DNA from: Tubiluchus corallicola
Lineage: Eukaryota > Animalia > Priapulida
DNA length: 64,000 nucleotides
NCBI GenBank assembly: GCA_030141605.1
Contig: JAQGDQ010000040.1
Span: 186,001 to 250,000, forward strand
Direction of reading: 5' to 3'
The translations under genes were made by a program, and so were the position numbers. Shown here one piece after another: positions 24,203 to 56,700 of the stretch. Under the pieces are notes generated by a model that was not told the origin of the DNA, made no database searches, and saw only the letters and a list, made by a program, of their open reading frames with translations. Within the stretch, counting starts at the first letter, position 1. Each line of letters begins with the position of its first letter.

Positions 24203-24278
24203 CAAGGACCTCTATAACCAAAAGTTATTAACTAAAGTTATAACTAAACGACTATAACTAAAGTTATAGAGGTCCCTG
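24203..24278. mobile_element. 76-bp miniature inverted-repeat element with 7-bp TSD
   Basis: TIRs CAAGGACCTCTATAAC / GTTATAGAGGTCCCTG; identical GATACAA at 24196-24202 and 24279-24285. Confidence 0.75.
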
Positions 24279-27200
24279 GATACAATAAACGCCAATTCTA
24301 TGAAGTTCCAATTTCACAAAAAAATTTACATCAACATTCAACACAGCGTTTTTACCTGGAATAAACTTCATCTTATCTTATCTTATCTTTTAAAATTGTA
24401 ATTTAAAGTACATTAGAAAAAACGTCTTTAATGTACTTTATAAATTGGGGAATTTCTAAGGAAACTCATCTTAAGAAGTGTTTTATAATGTGATAGAGGT
24501 GAAAGCTTCTCTAATCTTATAAATCAATCAAACTTGTTTTTCTCTCTAACATTTCAGGATCGAATACACGCAAAAAGTGTAAACATAAATAGAGCAGTAA
24601 ATTAGTTAATTAAGGTAGTAATAAGGTCAATGAGAAAAGGTAGCGAATTGACTAAAAAGTCATAAAGCCAGGTACCCTTCATTTAGCAAATAAAAGAATT
24701 ATGTAAATTATTAATGTGCCCTTTATTTCAAAATGACGTAGCCTATATCAGGCCACCAGACTGCGCCACGAACGAGTCAATGCCGCCGTCAACGACTAAA
24801 ATTTGTTTACCTCGACAATTTACTAGCAAAGCAATTTACTTTGTCAACATTGGGGGAAACATTTCACCCGGATGACGCGTTTATAACGGGAGTGTTGGTG
24901 TTCCGTTTCTTTGGGAGGTTTGACATTAAATAGCCAGGTATAGAATGGCCTGAAGCAACATAAACATTGCCTTATAATGTCAAACAGGGGAGCGGACGTA
25001 TTGTACTGCTTCTATTTAAGACAAATAATGACAAAACAGCAGTATCATTTTCTGTATGAAGTTGGCTCAGGACTAGAGTAGTCGGAGTCAGGGATGTGGT
25101 GCAAGAAGGATAGAGTCAGGGAGAATGTCAGCTGGAAACGATTGGAAACGCGGCGGAACTGTCAGTGGAGGTAGGATTGATAATTAAAAGACAACAAAGT
25201 TGAGAACGACAACTTTTCAATAGGTTTAACGGAATAAAATGTGTAACTTAAAAGCGATGTAGTTGTATAAAAGAAAATTGCATTTTTTCAGTAGGTACTT
25301 GCATCACTGCTACTTCGTTTAATATTTTACATAGTGTTTCAATTGTAGCCTTCATCAGTCATCAGTTGAATGTTGAGCTAAATTGCTGCATGCTAATAAA
25401 ATGTTTGTTGAGTGTTTTTTTGCAACATTGACTTGTAGAATAACACGCCACAAGCCGTTTCTGAGCAAGAATTTATATAATTAAGGCTTGAGATATTCTT
25501 TCTTATTAAAGCATTTTCAATGATTTATATTAATGATTCTTAGATTTGTATTTAGTAAAGCGGTTGCTGTGAGAGGAACAGTTTCACAAGACTTTTTATC
25601 TCTTAAATAATTCTATTAACACAGTGTAAAATAAGAAAACTAAATTTAAAAGTTTTTGTTAAATTGCTTTTTTGCGTTTTCGTCTTGGCGATAAATTGTT
25701 GCTATACCAGGCAATGAAAATGAAATGTACTTTATAAACTTACAAAGTTTCTTTCTCAGATTTTTGATTGTAAGAAGAAATTGGTTTTCTACCTATGAAA
25801 TATCCAACATTGCAACATTTAAGGTTTTCGAACATGATTGGACAATTCAATTCGAGAATGGGGCCCAAATGGTCAGTCCTGTCAAGCGCATCGTCGTCGC
25901 CGTTCTTATTGTTGTGGACACAATATTTTCTTAATAACCTACAAACACGCAGGGCTGTAGATACAAAACTCACAGGTCTCACTTCTCAAGTGGGGGTTTT
26001 ATATTTAACTATGACCCCGCAACCATTCAATTGACCCTTGGTTAAAGGAGACGAAGGGGGGGGTCATTTTTTCGTTGAGCAGTATCTCAGAGACTCCTAC
26101 AGTTTCGGAGCCATCAATTTTTGGTATGTGGTTAGTACTGATATGAAGGTAGACCTACCTGGGTGAATATATGCATGGGAAAAAGCTCCGCAAGGGGAAC
26201 AAAAACCGAAAATGGGGTTCAGGGAGACAAATGCTTCCTTAGTTTGTATCAAATGAAAGGGTTCAATGAGACGAATTGAATGGTGTAAGCTACGCCCAGA
26301 CTGTTCATCCCTAATTAACTCAATCAGACGTGTCCCACAGGAATGGGCCTAAGCAGTTTATGACAGATACATGTTCTACTATATTATTAACAGGTATTTC
26401 ACGATGCACCGGATGGTCACGGACACGGATGGTCCAGCAAATAGTGTAACGGAAATTAAAGAAGGAAGCAGGTGAAGTGGAGGCAAGATGACGGCATAGC
26501 TGAGTATGACATAACTTCCGCTATGTCGCATTGTGCCATTTCTTTGCTTGCTAAATCAACTAAGTGCAATTTGATGACCATGCGTATGCATGGCTAAACA
26601 AAAAACTTCATGAGATCAGACGCCCGCACTCAGGCCGTAAATGGACGGGCATTATTCAGGCGAGGGTGGTATCGGAGAGGTATTACATATATAATCAGCC
26701 TTGTGGGATGCGGATTTTTAGTTCACCGTTCGTCCTTTACCTAAGCAAACGCATACCGCTCGTATATGGTTTCCAACCCAGGTGTGATGTTTGATCTTAT
26801 CGATTGCCACCCGTCCCGTCCGAAGATTGATTATATTTGTTTAGCTAACAACTGAGTCAGGTGCGCTAATTCTCTGCAGCTTGAGTGCTATAGCTGTGCA
26901 ATTCTAATTTTACGTAGTATAGTAATAAGGCTAAGTCAGAACTACTAAGATGTATTGAAATGGACTTATGACTATTGCAAATCATCGTGACCATGCAACA
27001 TCTTCATATGCCATATTGCACACATTAAAAATTGATGACACTTATAAGCTTGAATTATTCAGACTAATACACAAGTAACAACTTTCTTCCTGATTTATAC
27101 ACTAATTATTTCACAAAGATTCAAGACACTACTACTAACCTAGATGCAATATATCACATGGATTAAAGACACTACAACATACAGCGACTAATTAATTTCT

Positions 27201-29220
27201 TAATTAATTAATTTTTAACTAGCATTAATTTTTACTTACATTTGTTTGTACTAAGCATACTATGCACATTCAAAACACGACTTTCATGTTTACTGGAATA
27301 AGATTAATTCCTTATCTTCACATCTAAATATTAAAATTAGTTATAGTGATTCGACGTGCAAGAGCTATATTCTTCTGGAAAAACTTTTTGTAACTAGCCA
27401 TATTTTTGTGTAGGACTCGATCACCCAGATACTCTAGAAAAGGTTTGCTACAACAGACTAAATGTATAGGTCTTAAAGTTACGATCGTTGTCTTGGTTCA
27501 ATAAAATAGTTATTATAAAAAGAAAAATCAATGTTATTTTGATTTTTTATCATGTGGTTAAGAAGTAACGTCGTGTTTTACTTGTCGAATGAAACGAGCG
27601 CGAAGTTAAAAATTTACAACATACTTTGCCTATATCTCCTTGCCGCTTGGGTTCAATGTTCCCTTCGGGCGGTTTCATGTGCCAAACTAATCTTGGTTGT
27701 TTAACTCATAGTCGTAGGGTACATTTACATACTTGAACGTGGTCTTGGATGAATATTTTTGATAAATGACCAGACTTAGATTGATAACAAGACACGCACG
27801 ACATTGTCAATCTGGTCGAGTCTGATCTGGGACCAACCCTGCAATCACTTGCTCACCGAAGATCTTTTCAATCTTTTGCCATCTTTAAATTCTTTTATGC
27901 GATAAGATTCTGTTTCTGCATTTTGCTGGATGTTTTGAGAAGGAAAACAGCTGCTTATAAATACAGTTTATTTATTTGGACAATTCTTTACCATAAATTT
28001 GTTTCCTTGTTAACTACAATCTCGTTCACTTTAAGAAGTACACGTCCTATCATTAGCAAAACAGTTACAAGATATTTTTGTACCTGTTTTTAAATTTTCA
28101 CCTTTTGATTCTAGCCTCTTAGCCACCTTTAGTTTCTAGAACTCAGAGTGGTTGTTTAGGGCGATTCGTACAAAGACAACGTCGTTACAGATATTGGTCT
28201 TTTTGACAATGTTGACATTTAAATTTATTTTATCCACTTTTTTGGACAGAATAAACTCAAATATGAACATATCCTCAACAATGAAGAATGACAACATGTT
28301 TTTGCATTTTTGTACGCTAAAAGTATACGAGACATTACTAAAGGTCACCATATAGTTTATTTTGCGTTTCCTCCTAGTGAACAAACATTAGTCACCAAGT
28401 GGTGATACACTTGAGTGATGTGACTGAAGTAGGCAAAGTACAAAATCATAAAAGTCTTACTTTTATTGCTTTTAATTTTTAAATGAGTGTATTTACTGTC
28501 AGGTGTAGCATGTCAAGCCTTAAACTGCCACAGATAATTTTTCAATTATACAAAAGCAGCTCTAATGAAAGTCCAGTTGATGTTTTTTCAATTTTTCGTG
28601 GTATACCATATCAGTTTTACTATACTTAATTTTACTCTCTTTCACTCATGACAATGCATGATACATTGATATTCCAGATACCCGCTTTTACTCGTGATAC
28701 AAATGAATTTGGAAATTAAAAATTAAGCAAGACTGTTAATTCATACCGATTTCTTTATTTACACAACTTGGTCAAATAAAAGCAATAATCAACAAACAAC
28801 AAAAAATTATCTTTTTTTACCAAGTAGGTAATATCACATATTCCTGCAATATCATGAAAGCTGTTGTGCCTTATTGTCACCTCATTCAGAAGTATTAGTA
28901 CTAAATTAATGGTTGGTACAAATGTTTAAAATTTCCATTTGTGTTTGACTTAGATTTGCTACTGGACTACAAAATATTTTATAAAAAACTGTCAACAATC
29001 AATTTAAAAACTGTTTACAAAAAATTAGGTAGATGCATTTTGTACATCAACAAGCTGTGCCAACAACAAACTTATAGAGAATCTGTATAACACAGAATAA
29101 CACTAAAATGAAAACTTTCGGGTAATAATGAGTCAATCACTTACTCAGTCGTACAATATGCCAAAACGTAAACACAAAAACCTTATGACACTTGCAAAAA
29201 ACATATCAATACCCAAAGAG

Positions 29221-29589
29221 CTAGAATGGCATGTACTCAGCGGTATTTAGCAAGTTACTAAACTATGCAGCCGTTTAGGTTAAAACATCACGATTTGTAC
29301 TGGAATCATTTCACTAATGAAATGCACCCTAGCTTCTTGCATTTTTCTGCAATGCTCTATTGTGACATCACATAGAATATTCCCACACAAAACCTATAGT
29401 CAATCAATAAAAACTGATCTTCCTTCACACTTCATAGTCGATTATTACAAATTTGAAAGAGTTATTTGTCCATGCCCCACCATTCCATAAAGTTTCATGG
29501 AAATTGGTGAAGCAGTTTTCATCTAATTGTTCAACAAACTAGCTAACAAACCAACAGCAATGAAAACATAAACTGTTTGGCGGAGGTTA
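29221..29589. mobile_element. HINE/Helentron-like non-autonomous element (second copy)
   Basis: Starts CTAGAATGGCATGTACTCAG; ends ACAAAC...GAAAACATAAACTGTTTGGCGGAGGTTAA; resembles the ends of 18935-19611. Confidence 0.5.
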
Positions 29590-29900
29590 AGCCAAATAAG
29601 TTCACTCCAAAAAGCTACCATCAAACCTGCAAAATGATTGATAAAAAATAAATCATCTAAGAATGTTAATTTTTTTGTTTTTGACTTTATAAGTTAAAAA
29701 CAGTATGAAAACAGCTCAGTGGCAAAAGTGTTTTCTCGCTCTTTCGTTGGTCCTACAAGGGTTTCATTAGCTCTACATAGCTTCCATTGCCACATCAACT
29801 CTGGTTTTCTGTACCACTAGAGATATTTTATTGGCAGGTAACTCTGTACAAAGGCACATACTGATGTATTCTTCTGACATATTCTCCATGTTGTATATAT

Positions 29901-36541
<6,641 letters not shown>

Positions 36542-36873
36542 TTTGATACAATAAAGCACTTTCTGAAATAATGGTAAATTTTATTCTTAACAGTTTTTCT
36601 CGTATAAATCACATACAGTACCTCCCAAAGCTCCCATTACGAGTGATACACACAGACGCCTTTTACGCAAGAAATTCACTGCAACAAGTTATGCTGCGTG
36701 TCCATCTACCATTTTATTTACACGTGCACGTGTTTCTGGCTGTTTCTGGTTTTAAGAAAATTCTGTCTGATGTAATTTTACAATATTTGTTGTTGTAAAT
36801 TGTTTTGGCCAGGAATTGCTGTTAAACTACATTGCATATAACTTGGTTTATTCTGTCTGTCGAATGAGCTGAA
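36542..36873. promoter_or_regulatory. Bidirectional promoter between GCDH and FARSA with tandem E-boxes
   Basis: Divergent start codons separated by 332 bp; palindromic ACACGTGCACGTGT at 36720-36733. Confidence 0.75.
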
Positions 36874-48609
<11,736 letters not shown>

Positions 48610-51600
48610 TTCTAATTTTAATAATAGATTTAATTAATAAGAAGAAAGTAAGTTACTGTTTGCATTTCATAAAAGGTAACAACAATGTCTGAACAATAGA
48701 ATGTTGTCATTGATCAATTCATGCATGTAAAATCAGGCAAAATATTTTTATGGTTTTGTCAAATTGTTTACCATTACATTTATTCTAAGCATACATAAGT
48801 TTGAACTAGCACCTGAAAAGCCTTGCTATTATTATTTAGTTTTCTCGATTAGACTCTTGACAGTAACTGCGTATCTCACAAGCTTGCCATGATTATGAGG
48901 CTATCAGGCCAGCTAGTTGACGGGCTGTTGCCCTTGCTGTGATTTATAGGCTTGCTAAACTCATTAATGAGAGTGTCTGTGACATATGTAGCATATCATT
49001 ATCACTTGTTAGGTTGCCTAAATTACTAATAATTTCATGGTAATTACAGTTAGCATTTTCTTTTGTAGCTTAGATTAGTAAAATACCAAAACATTACACT
49101 AGCAGTCATAGTAGCATATAACAGATTACAGTAAGCCTAACTCCAAATTTGCCAATATTGTTACCATGTTTGTTAAATAGCAAAAAACTCATTTAAATCC
49201 ATTTAGTTTGACATTGCCATCTTATTTAAAAGATATGATTAATATCATAAATGTGTTTTCTAGCTTGTGAATTTATTTTCCAGTTGTTAAATTTGGTGTA
49301 GGATTTTTATTTGGTCCTCTTACTCTTGCACGGACTTCGAAGAGAAAATTAGGAATGATAAATGTACATTTTAAAGGCAGTTGCTAAGAATTTTCTATAC
49401 TTCAAATTTCAGAGAGATTAACATTTAATTTTATATGAATAGCAAAGGTTGTATTAAATAATTGCAATAAATCTTGGTACATTCCTTCTATAAATAAAAG
49501 CTGTTTTAATTCACAATAATTCTATACAAATACTGGTTTCACTGGGTCCACTCCCTTTTTGTTTCTGCCAACCTTTCTGTGCATTTCACAATTGACTGAG
49601 CCTTTTTTCCTTCCCATTTCAGTCATTCTGTGGCCTTGCTGCTGGCAAAAATGTCAGTTTTTTATCAGTGGGCTCAACGCGTTGTCGTGAAAAAAAGAGT
49701 ATTGTATAGCCTGCCATGGGCATAAATTTACCCTGTAATTATAGTAATAAACGTTTAGGTATACTGCACATAGAAACCGAAAACAGGTTCCTTTCGTAAA
49801 AAAAGAAATGGCGATGTGAGTCTGTGCGTTAGTACAAAATAAGAAGCAATTCATGTAGGCTCCCTGTATTAACAGGATTAGCACAAGTGTCATTAATTTA
49901 AAAAAGAAACAGAATGATATACATATTGTACACTAACATTTTTATTGTTTTTTTGAGTTTTACAATGTTTTTCACACACAATAAGCCTGCATTAGTCACC
50001 CCTAAACAATTTATAACGAGATTCAGAAAATAATTGATACTCTGCCTCAGATAGTACCATAGATTACTAAAAGCTCATAACACGGTGTGAAAATTAACAG
50101 ATATAGTGATGAAACAGTCTTCTTAAACTGCTGAACATGCTTTTGAATACTGGCAGTATGGCACATTATTTTGCAATCCAATTTACATAAAAGAGCATGA
50201 CCAGAAACCGAATCTACCAGATCAAAATGTAACATTAGGGCAAAAATGTAAAATATCGTAAAATGAGACGCTTCTAGAGTGTATGATATAGAGCGAAATA
50301 ATTGAGCAATGATTTCAAGAGAATCGGATCAATATCCGCTTCTCAGGATACATACCTCAACAACTGCATTCCAGAACTATAGCACATTGTTGCTGGAATG
50401 CTTATTAATTCAAAGCAAAACAAAAAGGGCAGTATGCCGAGGTGCCTTTAAGAATAATTTTTAACAAGTCTGTTTAAATAATGTGTTTTTGGATATCTCC
50501 AGAACTAGTCAACATCTAACCTCGTTAGGTTTATCTGACATCCTTGCAATTTTTTACATAAAACCTGTACAGAATTTTATTTTGAACAAATGGTAATGTG
50601 CAGCTAAATCCAGTATTAACACTAATTCACTTATTCACAAATACTTTTACATAATCGTATCACACGTACAATTTTAGCTAAAATGATTTCGAAAAGAATA
50701 AAATTAATAACTGTACTACCCGTACATAGACAATAATATACAGCTTTGACATGAAAATGCACACTTGAAATGACATTTGTTTTACTATATGCATTCTATA
50801 TGTACGTTTTTATCTGCACTTAGTTAGCATGCTATCATTTAGTTGCATTTATTACTCATCAAACTAGTGTCTTCAGTACGTGCAACTATTCACCAAACAA
50901 CAATTTCAATTTGGTAATTTCTATTTTTTTCTCTTGCACACTGGTTGACTTCAATATTATTAAACAGAGTGCAGATCTTCAATTTGCATTTAGAAATTTT
51001 GGAATGATGGACATTTATACTAAAACAATGTTGAAATGTAAAATTATGCATTAGCCTAAACAAAGCATAGCAACATCACAATTATTAATATGTGTGCAAT
51101 CACTTGCACGTGGACACTACACAACAGAAGAAGAAATAAATTCACTGTGCTCCTAAGTCGTAACATTATGAGATCATTTGAGGCTTAGCTAATAAACTTC
51201 TGCACAAAACATAACACTTGAAAGTATATGTGACCTTTTCTGTAGAAGTTTGCAATGCATAAAACATGCTGTGAAAATAATTTATGCAATTAAAACATAG
51301 AAACATAAGCTAAATAGTCTAGATATTAAGAGATTCACCGGTGCAAAAAGCATTTATAGAGTTCTCAAAACTTGCTGTGCATTGTTGTGGCTAGATCTGT
51401 AATGGCACGTTGAGACTAGCGAGTTGTCTCTCTCACAGCAAACTCGCAAGTGTGAGCTGTTTTGTGAGTCACTGTCGGCAAGTTATTGCAAACTCTCCAA
51501 CAGTTGCTGGAAGTTGATTTCCTGTGAGTTACAATCTAGTGTGAAAGCCTTGTGGCTAGTTATTCTTGACACATCTCGCAATGAACACAGAAGGAAGTGT

Positions 51601-53721
51601 CAGCTCGCACTTACTGTCAAAGAGTAACTTGCAGCAAGTTTTGCTGTCTAGTCTAGGCCTGTTTGCGAGTTACTTGGCGAGCCAACTCACCAATCTAAAA
51701 GCCCCACAAAATATAATTGGGCTCACCACAATCTAGATGACCATGCCATTAAATATCTTTATAGTAATTTATAGCTGCACAGAAACTAATTTTGTACATA
51801 GCTACATTAAAACTAACATCGCAGATAATCAAACATCATTGAAGAGTTACAATTTCAAAACTCTTAAGGAAATGCATAAATACAAGTGCAATAATATAAT
51901 CCCTATATTCACCGTGCATTATATCACTGGGTGCACATAGAAATATAATATCGTGTCTTTAAAATCCATATACCAATCTACAAATGTAAACTTCATCTAG
52001 GAATTGTACAAGCCTGTTCTCTTTTTCTTCTTTGTGAATTTAATTTTGTGCATCTTGTGCTGGAGGCTATGTAGCAAATGGAGGGATAAGTAAATCACAT
52101 TACTTACGTATGAACTGCACAGTGACTAAATATTTGTGCTTAATGCGTGGCACGAAAACAGGGAAGATTTTTGTATAAGAACATTGATAGACATACGATA
52201 TGATAATACGAATAGTTCTATAGTTTATGCTTAACCTTATTTGAGAAGATTTGAGAAATTCATCTTTGAGCGGGAATCAAAAAATGTTAATGTGAGATCA
52301 AAGCATGGATGGCTAGAGACAGCACTTTTAGAGGTACAAAAAATGAGCAATTTTGACATGTACATAAACATACAAGATTAGTAGCCCAAATTCGATAAAC
52401 ACCCCTGAGAAAACATTGAAATAGTGCCTCTAAGTAAATTAGGTGCTGTATTACAAAGAACAGAATGAGTAATAACATAAATTTTCAATGGGAAGAAATT
52501 AACAAAATGGATAGTATAAGAAATTACTATAAGTTGCTCAATACCACCAACTCTATACTCTAACAAAGGTATCATTTTTCATACAATTATGTCAGTAAAA
52601 TTCACATTTCAAGTGCCACACTTATACTGTTTAATTCAACTACCAATATAGACAATACTCACTTTTGCATACCTAAATATGAAAACAAACGATAATTAAT
52701 GCAACAAGAATGTATAATTGACCTTATCTTGTGCATTGGTTTAAAAGCAAAAACAAGGCAGTAAAGAAAATTATAGTAGTCAGTATAAGCAGTATCTAGT
52801 TAAAAGGTGAAACAATGATATTAAACACCATTTAATAAGAATATTAGTTGCTTTATATAGAAAGCCATTAGTGCAGTTCTTTCTCAACAAAGTTTGATGT
52901 TAAATAATAAAAGCAGAATACATAAAATTAAAATACATTAACTTATAGTTAAATGAATAAAAAAAAGTTGACCACTTGAAATATAAGAATTACAAACAAC
53001 AATAAAACAGTACAACAAAAAGAACATACATTTAAGTAAATGTAATAAATAGATAAATGAAAATATATGTAACAGTGTACAATACATATACATATACGAA
53101 GAGTACAATTTTGAGCTCTGTACTTTTTCCAATAAGTAAGTCCACGCGAGATAACAACGAGATGACACTACAGATAAGATAACAAATGAGAATTGAGCTA
53201 TGCAACACGTCGAACCAAAGCTTTTTACTTGTGCAGAACTAGTGTAGCATAGCCCAAATAATTACCTTGTTAAAGGCAAAAATGTTTGCAACTGATCCAA
53301 AATGTAGAGCTTAAAACCATGACTAGGATTTTGCAACATAAACTACAAAACACTAACTAGTACTACATTTACATGTGTGTGGTATACTACATATCCTTCA
53401 CGGTTACTCATTAATTTTGTACCTATAATAATTTACATGACAAGCGACTTTATTAGATAGCCATTTTATAACCCAATCTGAGCACATTATCTTAATAATC
53501 ACAGTCACAACATGAGATTAAGTCTCCATACTGCCGTTCCCTATGGCTTTTAAATACCCAAATGAGATATCTGACTTACAGTACCCATATCGTCATGATA
53601 CCATATTATCATGATAATATGCTCTCAAGGGCAAAATCTCACAGGGGTGGGCAAACATCGAGTTTTACATGGATTTCCAACCATTTTATGTCTTACGCAT
53701 TTAATATCACTGCCATTTTAA

Positions 53722-56700
53722 TTATATAGCATTCGCATTTTTCGTATCACCATTTATAGGTACCATTTCCACGTCTGCTAATGGTTTCTTCTCAGGATTT
53801 GCAGCATCGCCGACTGCATCTTTATCCATTAACTCTTTACCTTCAATAGCATTTGGTACCTCTTCTTCATTCACTTCTAATCCGAATCCCTTAACGATGT
53901 CGTTTATCGTCCTACCTTTTGTCTCGGGCATTATCTTGTAAATGACGAAGGTCAGGACGAATGAGCAGCAGCTAAAGATGAGGAACACGTAAGGTCCCAT
54001 CAATGCGCGAAGGTGAGGGAATGTTACACCCACCAAGGTATTGAAGAAGTACATAAGGAGTAGTGACATACTCACTGCTGCCGGTCTTGCGTTTTCTTGA
54101 AACAACTCAGGTGTGATCATAAAGCATATTGTAGCTATAAAAAAACAAAAGTATAAAAGCTGTAGTTTTAGATGCATAAATAAGCTGTTAGCAAAGTGAA
54201 ACATAATATTTAAAAGATGCTAACATACTATTAGACAACATAGAGATGACACGTTGCCTAACTGTTTAACAGGAGTATCTGGAAAGTTTGAGTTTCCCTG
54301 TTGCCATTTTCACAAGCTTAGGCTTTACCATAACATATTAATCTAACAAATTACTAGTAAAAGTTGAGAACAGGTGAAAGCTTACCTGGTCCAAATGTGT
54401 CAAAAGCAATGAACAGGATACAGCATGCCACACTCATGATCTTACCCCATTCATATTCCTATAGAAAAGAAGCATCCTAATTAACAACTTTGTTAGTCCA
54501 AACATTTGCTTACTGAGATGGAGCTGTTTAAAAGCCTGGATCAATGAAGTGGAGTTGTTCCGGGTTGAAAACTCTGCTCAGACTATGATCGTGGCTGAAG
54601 GTTGGAACATGAGTCACTGACTTATTCTTAAGTGGAGCAGGTACAGGATTTTGAAAAGTCGCATATCTTGATTTATAGAAAAAATTACGGTATCAGTTTC
54701 CAGTATTCCATAATGCTAATGAAATGTAAAATTTGAGGACTTTTAAAAGGTGATTTCCTAGGACTTTTCCTAGGAGATGGCACGCAAGAGTGGCTGTTTA
54801 TACGTCCCACAGTTCAATCCTTTATATTTCAGTCTTCAAAACTTTCCATAATTACAATGCTACACAAATCTCCATGGGCTGCTGATCTATGTATTACATA
54901 TGCAATAAGTTATGTGACAAGCAAAAAATGAATCTAGTTAAAATGGCAAAATGCTAAAACATTCTTTAAATTACTAAGTGCCCAGTGACTTTTACTTCAC
55001 TTTCACTTTTAGTTTCTCAACCAAAGCCACTCATTGCTTGCTTACCTGATAACTCAATGCCACTATCAGTATGGTGGTCATAACACCTTGTCCAAAAGTT
55101 CCGATCAGTTCTGGTAATCGGCGACCAAACCTTTCTATGCAGTACATGCTAAGAATATTCATAAGCAATTTCATCAGTCCTATTCCCATGCTAGCATAAG
55201 CTGCCTGTGGGTATTCTATGCCAATGCTGGAAAACAGCTTTGTCGAGTAGTACAGCACCTGCAAAAACACAGTCAGCTTTTTAAAAATGATGAAGATGAC
55301 GATGGTAATGATAGTACCCATATTAATAATAATTAGTTTTTAATAATCATATTCCAACAGATAAGATAAGCTTCCTGTTAGATGACTAACACTGTCTTAA
55401 TTAGACTATATCTAGCAAGAACTGAAACTAGTAAATAAATCTTTAGACTATATCTAGCAATTAACATATACATGCTAGTATTTAAACAAGTGGAGAAAGA
55501 TAAGCCCATGGGCGTATTTGAACGAACCTATGAAATGGAACTGTTCAACAGTGATCAATAGTTAACAATGAAACTTAAGGGGATCCTGAACCTTCCGCTA
55601 AATACACGTCAATTTGAGCAATTTATATTTTTAAGTGATATTGGGCAGTAGTTAGCGACAGCACGTTTGGAACGTGTTTGCTTCAATGATTTTGCAGCAT
55701 GTTTATAGAAATCCTTAGACACAGAACTCTTAAATTCTACTTAAAGTAACTTTTTTTAACTACCGAAACTTAGTAAGAAAACAATAAGTTAACTTACAGC
55801 AATGACGCCTCCAAGTTGCAAAGACATTTGAATTGACCAGGCAACATACATAGCTTTTCTCAGTGCTGGGTTCCTTAAGATATCTAGCCAACTCAGCTAT
55901 AAAGAAGCACAATAAAATGCACATATTATTATAATTTTTAGAAGCAGAACTTTTACAGTCTGTTATATTTGTCAGATTCTATTGCTTTATGTTGTCTCAA
56001 GTACTAGTAGCGTTTGATGTATTTCCATTTCTACATTCATTTTGGCAAATTTGCACACATAATGCCCGAAGCAAATCATATTTATAGTTTTTCTTTTCAG
56101 AAGCCTGAACAAATTTTTTAATGCTTTCGCAATTCTATCATAATAACAGTTTACACTTTCGTGCGTATAATAATTTCAATTCAAGATTTTTATTTGAAGA
56201 GGGAGAAAAAAATATTAAACTTTATAAACTAATCAAGTAGATTTTAATTCAAGGGATCCTCACTCACTCTTGACTTTTTGACATTTTCTTCCTTTTGTTT
56301 GACTTTAAATTCGGTTTTTTTAATCATGGGTCTCTATAATTCCCTCACTTAAGTGCATAAAACTGAGAACTTCAACTTTTTTACATTTAAAGATTCAAAT
56401 TACAAAAGCTCTTGTGTAAACCTTACGATTACTATTTTGATAAAATGGTATGTATTTTGTAAACATAGATTTTGGTATTGTTTCCACATGTATGTGGAGT
56501 TGCAGCAGAGAACTTTGTGTTAAAGTATCGTGCACGCACTTTAAATGACATATAAATCAAAATTTGGGACCTCGGAAGGAAGTTGAGATCTGCAAATTTT
56601 ACAAGACGCTGTATCACAGACACAGTATATGTTAATCTGCATAAATTCACTACAGAAAACACAGTTTCTATATAGGAGGGGTTTCCTGCTCTACATCCTG

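Noticed and set aside
23699-24205. Cys/Leu-rich ORFs and a CRISPR-like appearance
   Set aside because: Tandem minisatellite without unique spacers, in a eukaryotic locus with no cas genes; the ORFs are translations of the repeat.
25010-25240. TATA-like TATTTAAG, initiator-like TCATT and short purine-rich ORFs
   Set aside because: ORFs are 26 aa or shorter with no recognisable features; a gene cannot be supported.
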